Of a stretch of DNA of 64,000 nucleotides, positions 48,256-57,500 are shown piece by piece. A program made the position numbers and the translations under genes. Numbering within the stretch: the stretch's first letter is position 1; each line of letters starts with the position of its first letter. The stretch comes from a virus, in IMG/VR virus record IMGVR_UViG_3300046168_000070, positions 96,001 to 160,000 of that record, one strand, 5' to 3'. The notes below the pieces were generated by a model that saw only the letters and a list, made by a program, of their open reading frames with translations, searched no databases and was not told where the DNA came from.

Positions 48256-48317
48256 AAGCCTTTCCTTTTACCTTAATTAAAATTACACGATTTTCTTTTA
48301 ATGTGTAATAAAATATA

Positions 48318-48764
48318 ATGGTAGGACTATTCTCAGAATCTGATAAAGATGAAATAAGGCAGAGCTTTAAGCTACTTCATGATACATTTGGTAGAGAGGT
48401 ATTTATATATAAAGATGCTAAAAAAATAATTGTATCTTCTGACTCTACATTTAATTCTGTTTATGGATTAGCTAATAACGGAACTCAATCAGTTGAATAT
48501 GAACCTGTTCAGCAGTCAATAAAAGCCAGAATAATATATGGTAAGCAGCAAAACGAATCAAATTTTCCTGGCACAAGCGTAAACGCAGAGTTATCCGAGG
48601 GAGAAGTAAAAATTACTGTAACGAAAGAAGATTATAATAATTTTGTTAAAGATGCTAAGCGGGCAGAAATCGATGGCGAGAAATTTATTTTTATAAGTGA
48701 TCCAAGGCCTCAAGGAATGTTTGGGCCTGATTATTATTCATTTATGCTAAGGAGAGCTCAATGA
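48318..48764 (+). CDS. Head-closure/head-tail joining protein
   Basis: 148 aa beta-rich; IKARI, AEIDGEKF pattern; position. Confidence 0.55.
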   Translation: MVGLFSESDKDEIRQSFKLLHDTFGREVFIYKDAKKIIVSSDSTFNSVYGLANNGTQSVEYEPVQQSIKARIIYGKQQNESNFPGTSVNAELSEGEVKITVTKEDYNNFVKDAKRAEIDGEKFIFISDPRPQGMFGPDYYSFMLRRAQ

Positions 48765-49360
48765 TCAATCAAATATTGGCCAACAAAATAATTGAACAGC
48801 AATTAATGAAGCAACCTTCCGCTCTTAAGAGCCTGAGAGTTCATGCCTTAAGGGAAGTCGAAACAGAAATAAACATAATCAAAAAAGAAATGTTGTACGA
48901 ATTTCAAAATCATCCAATCACTAGAGAAATAGAAATGGGGCCAAACGGGCAAAATATAAGCGGAACCTTGGGTGGCAAAGGTAATTTATTTACATTTATA
49001 GGTTTTGATAAAAATGATAAACCAACCCTTCCAATAAAAGAATACTTATTAAAAGTTAGTGTGGCTTATAAAAGAATGGAGAAAGGGCGTTTTATATTTG
49101 ACATAACATATCCTTCTAAGGAAGAATTATTCTCAATAACTCCAATGCCTTGGGCCTCGGGAAGAAGCTGGTTAAAGGGTATAGAGCTAGGCATGTCTGG
49201 ATTAGGAATGTATTTACATAAATCAGGAGACCCTATCAGAGTTAGTCGCTCAGGGCAGGCTATACAAGTTAAGGGCAAAATTAGTCCTGGCAAGTTTACA
49301 AATACATCATATATTTCTAAAATAATTAATAACTTTACGGCAAAAATACAAAAATTATGA
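48761..49360 (+). CDS. Neck protein (HK97 gp10-like position)
   Basis: Basic 199 aa between head closure and terminator-like gene. Confidence 0.5.
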   Translation: MINQILANKIIEQQLMKQPSALKSLRVHALREVETEINIIKKEMLYEFQNHPITREIEMGPNGQNISGTLGGKGNLFTFIGFDKNDKPTLPIKEYLLKVSVAYKRMEKGRFIFDITYPSKEELFSITPMPWASGRSWLKGIELGMSGLGMYLHKSGDPIRVSRSGQAIQVKGKISPGKFTNTSYISKIINNFTAKIQKL

Positions 49361-50631
49361 AAGTAACATATCAACACGAGGTCACGACAAGCTTTGTCTT
49401 ATGGTTTGATCATTTTCTTTTATCAAAAGGACAGGCTTTTAAGAATCTTACAAGTACATTTTATCCTCAAGTTGATGCAAGACTTCCGAATAACGTAATA
49501 TATGCGTCTCCGCATAAACAGTGGGTTACTGATGCTAGCATTGCAGGTGCTACGATACCAAATGGAGTATACAATGATGGAGTCTTTGTGCCTAGAGGAA
49601 CTAGTGGATTAAAATTGGACTTCGAGAATGGTAGAGCTATACTGAACTCAGGGTTTTCAAGCTCCGCTAATATAACAGGAACATTTGCTCTTAAGGATTT
49701 TAATATATATGTCACTGATCAGAATGAAGAGGATTTAATAATTGAAAGCAACCATAAGATTAATAGTCGATTTTTTAGAGAAAACGCAGGAATACCTCCA
49801 TATGACCAAGTGGTTCCAGCTATATTTATATCAAATGATGGCTTCAAAAATGACCCTTTCGCTTTTGGCGGAGAAGATAAAACTACGACATATTTTAAAG
49901 CTGCAGTTATAGCCGAGAATCTTTATACGCTTGACGGCGTCCTTTCTATCTTTAATGATTCAAATAGGACTATATTTAGCAAGATTGATTTTGAAGACCA
50001 TCCAATGAATGAGTTTGGCGACTTTAAAAACGGCTCAAAAGTAGAAATATCTATTCCAAACTTAACTGCGAGCAGGTGGCATGGCGACCATACATACCAA
50101 TATGGAGGTACTTTTACTATAAAGAGTTACGAAATAAACTCTCAAACAAAATTCTCGATAATTTATAGCGCTGCTGGAAGTAATGCAAGTTTTAATTTTA
50201 ATAAAGAAACGAATGAAGTGACGGTATCTTACCCTAGATACGCACAAGATAGGACATTCTTTACTTGGACGCCTGGTGGCGGAAATGACTATATTAGTGT
50301 CGGCAGCGACCCTTCGCTGAGGGATATTATTAATTTTATTAATAGCCAGCCAGGGTTTACGGCATCGACTACTGCAACTGAATACAACACTTTTTATGAG
50401 ATTGCTCCTCCTGGGTTGAGTAGTGGAGAATATTATCCCGTGGATGATGTCTCTGATATTCGTACATATAATTACGAAACTTTAGCGGAAAAAACTAAAC
50501 AAGATTATTTTTTAATAGAATCTGTATCATGCTCTAGAATGTCAGATAATTTAAGAAAAGTTGTATTGGATAATTTATTTGTAGGTTTTATTGATTTCGA
50601 AGTGGCTCAAACTAGATTCCCTAGATTATAA
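49357..50631 (+). CDS. Tail completion/terminator-like protein with insertion
   Basis: Upstream of tail tube; conserved-looking ends with an aromatic-rich insert. Confidence 0.45.
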   Translation: MKVTYQHEVTTSFVLWFDHFLLSKGQAFKNLTSTFYPQVDARLPNNVIYASPHKQWVTDASIAGATIPNGVYNDGVFVPRGTSGLKLDFENGRAILNSGFSSSANITGTFALKDFNIYVTDQNEEDLIIESNHKINSRFFRENAGIPPYDQVVPAIFISNDGFKNDPFAFGGEDKTTTYFKAAVIAENLYTLDGVLSIFNDSNRTIFSKIDFEDHPMNEFGDFKNGSKVEISIPNLTASRWHGDHTYQYGGTFTIKSYEINSQTKFSIIYSAAGSNASFNFNKETNEVTVSYPRYAQDRTFFTWTPGGGNDYISVGSDPSLRDIINFINSQPGFTASTTATEYNTFYEIAPPGLSSGEYYPVDDVSDIRTYNYETLAEKTKQDYFLIESVSCSRMSDNLRKVVLDNLFVGFIDFEVAQTRFPRL

Positions 50632-50756
50632 AAAATTTTAAATTAATAACTAATTAAATTAAATAAAATTTAAGAATCTTACAGGAAAGATAAATAAAAA
50701 TTTCCCAAAAAACAAAAAAAAATGTAATCGAGCATATCATCTAATATTTTTTTATT

Positions 50757-51944
50757 ATGGCTAGAAACAGAGTTATATACCAAAGTGAAGCGTTATTCGT
50801 CAGTCCAAATTCTACGGGCTATCATTTTTCTGGAGAAGATTCAGCAGGAATTTCGATGGCTACTGGAATCCTTGGAGTAGGAGGAACGCATGTAAGAGAT
50901 TCGGGCAATATGGTGTCCCAGTTAAGTCGGGTACAGAGTGCGAATTATAGTTTTACAATTAATAGGACCGATATCAATGAATTTGGAAGATTGGCGCGTA
51001 TCGACGCTTTGATTACCGAATCTCCAACGGTATCTTTAGACTTTACATATTATCCAATCGATGGAAAGAACGAGGCATTGCTTAAGTTCGAAACCGACGG
51101 AACGACTAACTGCATTAAAAACCACCTTAACGACACAGTTGGTTCAAACTTTTTTATCCAAACAACTGCAGAAGGTACTGATGTTGCTGGTAATACAGAA
51201 GCTGATAGCACAAAAACTACAATTGGTTTAGGAAACGGATTCTTGTCTGATTATACATTTGATGCTTCTGTCGGAAGTATTCCTACGGCCAGTGTTACAA
51301 TTGAAGGTTTCAACATGAAGGCTGATCAAGGGGTCACAGGTAATAATATTCCAGCAGTTACTCTTGAGGATGGAAGTCCTATTGATGAAATTCAGTATAG
51401 CTTACCTTCTGGTAGTACTGGAGATCATGGTCTCGCGGCACTTCGTCCTGGTGACTTAAAACTTCTTTTCCCATCAGACTCAGCTTTGATTACTAATACA
51501 TCTGGAGAAGGCGGCGGAACTGCGGCTCACGTTCAAAGTGTTAGCTTTAATATCCCAATGTCAAGAACTCCAATTGAAAGACTAGGTAGTGTATTCCCTT
51601 ATGTTCGTGTGCCTGATGTGCCATTGAATGCAAGTTTTACAATTAACGCTTTAGTGGCAGATATTGGAACTGGAAACCTTGCTATTTTAATTGACAACGA
51701 AGAAAAGCAAGAACTAACTGTAGAAATGACTAACCCAGCAGATAATAGTAAGACTATGTCATTTACTATCAAGGGAGCCTTACTAGACTCAGAGTCATTT
51801 AGTTCGGATATTGGAGGCAACAAAACTGTAGACATGACTTTCACAACTCAGGTCGGTGGTCCAGAAGATACTGAAAACGGTGTTTTCATCTCAGGTATGT
51901 ATGATACTAATTATCTCCCTGACTATAGTAACGTCACGCAATAG
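50757..51944 (+). CDS. Major tail tube protein
   Basis: Internally duplicated RVQSANYSF..RTDINEFG / HVQSVSFNI..RTPIERLG; followed by terminator. Confidence 0.75.
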   Translation: MARNRVIYQSEALFVSPNSTGYHFSGEDSAGISMATGILGVGGTHVRDSGNMVSQLSRVQSANYSFTINRTDINEFGRLARIDALITESPTVSLDFTYYPIDGKNEALLKFETDGTTNCIKNHLNDTVGSNFFIQTTAEGTDVAGNTEADSTKTTIGLGNGFLSDYTFDASVGSIPTASVTIEGFNMKADQGVTGNNIPAVTLEDGSPIDEIQYSLPSGSTGDHGLAALRPGDLKLLFPSDSALITNTSGEGGGTAAHVQSVSFNIPMSRTPIERLGSVFPYVRVPDVPLNASFTINALVADIGTGNLAILIDNEEKQELTVEMTNPADNSKTMSFTIKGALLDSESFSSDIGGNKTVDMTFTTQVGGPEDTENGVFISGMYDTNYLPDYSNVTQ

Positions 51945-51976
51945 CCTTAATTTAGAGATGTAATCTCTTAACTATA

Positions 51977-52003
51977 AAAACACCCCGAAAGGGGTGTTTT
52001 TTT
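51977..52003 (+). terminator. Intrinsic terminator
   Basis: AAAACACCCC-GAAA-GGGGTGTTTT plus T-tract. Confidence 0.9.
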
Positions 52004-52020
52004 ATTGTGTAAATATATGT

Positions 52021-54492
52021 GTGAAAGGTAAAATATCATATGAATCAGCTGGAATACTAATAGGTCCGTCGCCAGCCTTTTCTCCGCATACGGGAGAAGA
52101 TAGCTATTGTATGATGGATCAGGTTAATAGAGTCCAGGATGCTAATTTTAGTTTTTCTATAGAAAGACAAGACATAAAGCAAATTAATTCTTTTACGATG
52201 GCTGATAGGAAAGTAGTTTCTCAGCCAGAGGTTAATTTAAGTTTTTCTTATTTATTAACGAATTCATTTAATGAAAGAAAATTTGGATTTCATATTGGAG
52301 ACGAAGAAAACTATTCCGCAATAAAAAATTTTTATGATAAAACTGTAGAAGATAGAAATTTATTTTTTTTAATAACAAATCGAGAAGGTAGACATTTAGA
52401 GTTTGCCACTAATATACATGAAGAAGCTTATAGAGATGAGCCTTTTACAGCCTCTATTGGCGCAGCTACTCAAGAGAATGAGATTGATGCTGATGTAAAA
52501 ATGTATGATTTTAAAGATTATGATATCATTGGATTTGGAAATAGTTTCCTAACAAATTATTCCGTTTCAGCTGCTATAGGCTCTTATCCTTCAGCTAGCG
52601 TTGATTGGTCTTGTTGTAACATGAAGTTCGATAAACAAGATGAATCTGAAAATATCACAAGAGGAATATCAAGTTCGCAAACTTTTACAGGTTGCCTTTC
52701 TAATATAGTTAAGCAAGGAGGGCAGGAGATGGCGGGCCCTGAATCACTAGGCCAAGAAGTTATCATTTATAATAATGCAGTTAATGATGGAAGTCAAACA
52801 TATTTTTTTGATAAAGAAGATAGCGCTTTAGTTTTAATACATCCAGATTGCGTAAGAAAAAGAGGTAAATGTAATAATTTAATAGATCCAGAAAAGTTCT
52901 CATTCGAATATGATGTTTCTTTGCCTGTTTCTCTAAATAGGGATCAGTTTGATAGATCTGAAAAAGAAAGGCATTTTAGGGTGGAGGTAGATCTGGATAT
53001 AGGAGTATTTGATGAAGAGGGCGCTTTTATTCAAGATGCAGATTTCACTTTATCTGATGTAGAGGTTTTTTTAGTGAAAGAAAATGAGTCAGGAAAAATT
53101 AAGAAATTAATACATGAATATGGGCAAGGTTATGGATACAAAAAATTTAGGGTTAGAAACGTAGAAAATCAAATAAAAATCTTTTGGGATGATCATGACG
53201 CTGGTCATCTTGACTTGAGTGCGTTTATGGATAGTGATGTAAAAGCTACTTGGTCTTTGCATATATCTTCTTTTGCTGGCGGAAGATTAAATGAATTTAA
53301 TGTTTCAGCTGTGGTTCCAATATATCATGATATACCAGCCATCAATAGACAAACTGGCGATATTGCGAATAGGCCGAAATACAATATTATAGCTAATGAT
53401 TTTATTTATCCAGAACATATAAACGCGCTATTGCCAGGAGATGTCGTTTTAGAGTTGGAAAATCCTAATGTAGGTGGTACTAAATTATTAAATGATGATA
53501 ATAGTGTTAATATTCAGTCTTTCCAGATGGAGATACCTCTTGCTAGGGAAAATTTATTTAAATTAGGATCTAGATATGTTTGCGATAGAAAATTATTATT
53601 TCCACAATTACCAACTATCTCTATAACATTAATTGTTGATAAATTACTACAAGGAGAGTTGCATCAAATATTTAATAGAGACAAAAAATATAATTTTAAT
53701 ATTAAATTAAAGAAAAATTTTGAAAAAGCTAATGCTTTGCCAGGTAGTCCACACTATATTGAAAATGAAAAAATATACGAGTCAGATTATTCAAAAACTT
53801 TAATTGAGGGTAATTGTGACAATTCAAATAAAGCTGGAGATTGGGTGGGGACAGAAGTTACTCAAGGTAGATATTATAAAAATTTACGGCATGAAGGTGG
53901 TTGGATCTATTATTCAGAAGATGACTCTCAGAGAAGAATTTCAGTTAACTATATGGGTACAGTTTTTAAAATAGTGAATCCAGAAGATCAGATTGCCCCT
54001 TTTCTCTTAGTGACAACGAAAGATATCCCTGCAAACTATAAGATGAGAATTTTAGAGAGTGGCGAATATGCACAAACTGTATCTAAGGAAGATGGTATTT
54101 ACAAAAGGAAAAGCGGTAAATATATAGGATCAATTAAAGATGAAGCTGCTGATAAAAATGCATGCGAAGATCGAAAAGTTTATTTAGGGGTAGATCGATA
54201 TGAAGACCCAAGGTATTTTGGGAATGAAAATGAAGAATCCGTTAGGGAAGATTTTATAATATACAAAATAAGGGGAGCTAAATTAGTCTCTCAAGATTAT
54301 ACTTTAGGTTTGTCTGATATGATGGAGTGTAATTTGAGTTTTGATTTCGAAATATCACCTGAATATGGATTTCATATACAAGGAGCGGGAGAACCTATAT
54401 CTCAAGAGCATAACTTTTTAATATTTCAAGAAGATCAACCTTTTATGATTACTATGGAAGATTCCGACTTGCCTATTTCTTTAAGGAGCTAA
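52021..54492 (+). CDS. Tail-tube paralogue with large insertions (start revised to GTG 52021)
   Basis: KISYESAGILIGP, RVQDANFSF..RQDIKQI, IQSFQMEIP..RENLFKLG align with 50757; acidic C-terminal motif. Confidence 0.7.
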   Translation: MKGKISYESAGILIGPSPAFSPHTGEDSYCMMDQVNRVQDANFSFSIERQDIKQINSFTMADRKVVSQPEVNLSFSYLLTNSFNERKFGFHIGDEENYSAIKNFYDKTVEDRNLFFLITNREGRHLEFATNIHEEAYRDEPFTASIGAATQENEIDADVKMYDFKDYDIIGFGNSFLTNYSVSAAIGSYPSASVDWSCCNMKFDKQDESENITRGISSSQTFTGCLSNIVKQGGQEMAGPESLGQEVIIYNNAVNDGSQTYFFDKEDSALVLIHPDCVRKRGKCNNLIDPEKFSFEYDVSLPVSLNRDQFDRSEKERHFRVEVDLDIGVFDEEGAFIQDADFTLSDVEVFLVKENESGKIKKLIHEYGQGYGYKKFRVRNVENQIKIFWDDHDAGHLDLSAFMDSDVKATWSLHISSFAGGRLNEFNVSAVVPIYHDIPAINRQTGDIANRPKYNIIANDFIYPEHINALLPGDVVLELENPNVGGTKLLNDDNSVNIQSFQMEIPLARENLFKLGSRYVCDRKLLFPQLPTISITLIVDKLLQGELHQIFNRDKKYNFNIKLKKNFEKANALPGSPHYIENEKIYESDYSKTLIEGNCDNSNKAGDWVGTEVTQGRYYKNLRHEGGWIYYSEDDSQRRISVNYMGTVFKIVNPEDQIAPFLLVTTKDIPANYKMRILESGEYAQTVSKEDGIYKRKSGKYIGSIKDEAADKNACEDRKVYLGVDRYEDPRYFGNENEESVREDFIIYKIRGAKLVSQDYTLGLSDMMECNLSFDFEISPEYGFHIQGAGEPISQEHNFLIFQEDQPFMITMEDSDLPISLRS

Positions 54493-54511
54493 AATAGTGT
54501 AATTTTAAAAA

Positions 54512-57500
54512 ATGGCAGGAAATAGAAAAATATCTCAACTATCAACATATTCTGGGTATGTTGCGCCTAAAGATTTATTTATAACTGCTACCCAGAGTAC
54601 TCCTGTAAGGAATAAGCAAATATCATTTTATGATGGTGGCCCAGATGGTCATAATTTAATATCTAGTATTCAGAAAGCAGGTAATTTTGTATCTACAACT
54701 GGAGTTGAGCAAATACATGGAGATAAATATTTTAGGAATAATATAGATGTAAGAAGAAATGTAATAATTCATGGAGAAGATGATCCAGGAGAACATTCTG
54801 AAGATGCTTTATATGTATATGGTAATATAATTAATTCTGGAATAGATGTTTTAACATATGAGTCTAGTGATAATTTATGTATTGATATTCCAGTTGGAAA
54901 TGTATCTCAGATTAATTCTAGAGGAGTTAGTAATTCATTTAATGTAGATGGTCACTTAGGAGTATATCCTGCTCGAGTTGATGATCAAAGCATATTTAAC
55001 TATTACCCTATAGAAAAAGTACAAGTATTTTTTGAAATAGCTGAATATAAAAACGATGATTTTATAAGAGTTTGGTCAGGAGTTAACCCTGTTACATTTG
55101 ATACTGATCCTATTCATTATCAAACTAAAACTCCTGGATTAATAGATTCTACCGATGGTGCCGTAGGCTATCCACAACAAGAAATAGATTTTAAAGAAAA
55201 AAGTAATGTTGACGGATTATTTATAAAAATAACTTCTCCTGAAGGTACTGAATCTGAAGTTTATAATCATTTTCAAGGGTTAGATTACCAAAGAGATCAT
55301 GCAGTGTTTAAAGATGAACAGGGAGTTGGAACTTGGAAGTTAACTTTGATAGATGAGTGTGGAGATGTTATTGATGGCCAACTTAAAAAATGGTGGATAA
55401 AAATACATAGACGACTTGGCATTACTGAATTAGGGCATAACAATGACACGACAGGTATTGATGCAATAAATATTGGTCAAAGCAACTCAAACTATGCTGA
55501 GTCGGGATCTATATATGGAAGAGAAAATATTAATTCGGGTTATAACGCTTTTGTTGTTGGAGACTCAAATAAGCATACGGCTTTGGCTAGAATCTCAGAC
55601 ACATTTGGAAGAGGGAATCATATTGATACAACTGGTGCAAGTACTTTTGGTAGTGGCAATTTTGTGACAGGAGAGTACTCTTCTACTGTAGGTTACGGCA
55701 ACGACATTACTATTTCTGGAGTAAGAGCTCATACGATTGGTATAGAAAACGTAGCCAACGCAGAAGATTCTGTGATGGTTGGTAGCGGTAATGAGAATAA
55801 CGCTGCTGACAGCATGACGGTAGGTTACGGAAACTTGAACGAGGATGATGCTGATGGTTCACATGTATTTGGTAGAATAAACACTTCGGATTCATTTAGA
55901 GCAACTACGGTTGGTAGTGGTAACTTTGTAAGCGGAGACTATGCGTCAACTGTAGGTTATGGCAATGATGTAACCACGGCTGGAGTAAGAGCTCATACGA
56001 TTGGTATGGAAAACGTAGCCAACGCAGAAGATTCTGTAATGGTTGGTAGCGGTAACGAAAACAACGCTGCTGACAGCATGACGGTAGGTTACGGAAACTT
56101 GAACGAGGATGATGCTGATGGTTCACATGTATTTGGTAGAATAAACACCTCCGATTCATTTAGAGCAACTACGGTTGGTAGTGGTAACTTTGTAAGCGGG
56201 GACTATGCGTCAACTGTAGGTTATGGCAATGATGTAACCACGGCTGGAGTAAGAGCTCATACGATTGGTATGGAAAACGTAGCCAACGCAGAAGATTCTG
56301 TGATGGTTGGTAGCGGTAATGAGAATAACGCTGCTGACAGCATGACGGTAGGTTACGGAAACTTGAACGAAGATGATGCTGATGGTTCACATGTATTTGG
56401 TAGAATAAATACCTCCGATTCATTTAGAGCAACTACGGTTGGTAGTGGTAACTTTGTAAGCGGGGACTATGCGTCAACTGTAGGTTATGGCAATGATGTA
56501 ACCACGGCTGGAGTAAGAGCTCATACGATTGGTATGGAAAACGTAGCCAACGCAGAAGATTCTGTGATGGTTGGTAGCGGTAACGAAAACAACGCTGCTG
56601 ACAGCATGACGGTAGGTTACGGAAACTTGAACGAGGATGACGCTGATGGTTCACATGTATTTGGCAGAATAAACACCTCCGATTCATTTAGAGCAACTAC
56701 GGTTGGTAGCGGTAACTTTGTAAGCGGAGACTATGCGTCAACTGTAGGTTATGGCAATGATGTAACCACGGCTGGAGTAAGAGCTCATACGATTGGTATG
56801 GAAAACGTAGCCAACGCAGAAGATTCTGTGATGGTTGGTAGCGGTAACGAAAACAACGCTGCCGATAGCATGACCGTAGGCTACGGAAACTTAAATAAAT
56901 CTGACGCAGACGGCTCTCATGTATTCGGAAGAAAAAATACTTCCGACTCTTTTAGAGCAACTACGGTTGGAAGTGGTAATATAAATAGCGGCGATTATTC
57001 AATGATTGCTGGGTATGGAAATAAAAATAATTCTGATGATTCAATTATTGTCGGTTATGGAAATTTTGTAGATCTAGATGGAGATACATCTAATGTTTTT
57101 GGAAGATCTAATGAGATTTATTCTCCTTTTTCAACTGCTGTCGGCATAGATAATATCATAAGCGGGGAAAGCGGCGCGGCTTATGGCAACTTAAATACTG
57201 TAACAGAAAAGGGAGATAACACTTTAATATTTGGTATCGGGAACACTGGTAATGCAGAAGATTGTGTTATTCTCGGTAAGGAAAATGTGATTAATTCTGC
57301 AAATTCTGTTATTGGTGGATATAGGAATTATACTGATTCTACAGCTGCCGACATAACTATATTTGGTAGAAAAAATAAAGTTGAGTCAGCTACTTCCGTA
57401 AGAACAATGGGTAGCGGTAATAGGGCTTTGGCTGATTTATCTAGTACTTTTGGTAACGCTAATTTGGCGGATACTAAAGCTACATTTGGGAATATTTTTG

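Larger units (their letters stand above)
8070..54502. promoter_or_regulatory. GTGTAA late-gene upstream motif (putative phage-sigma promoter)
   Basis: Plus: 8070, 10913, 17792, 19767, 24188, 48303, 52007, 54497. Minus (TTACAC): 9473, 10905, 26645, 28536, 31136, 46021, 48283. Gap to start codon is 8-10 nt in 11 of 15. Variants GTGTAT at 11666 and 23250, ATGTAA at 50722. Confidence 0.75.
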
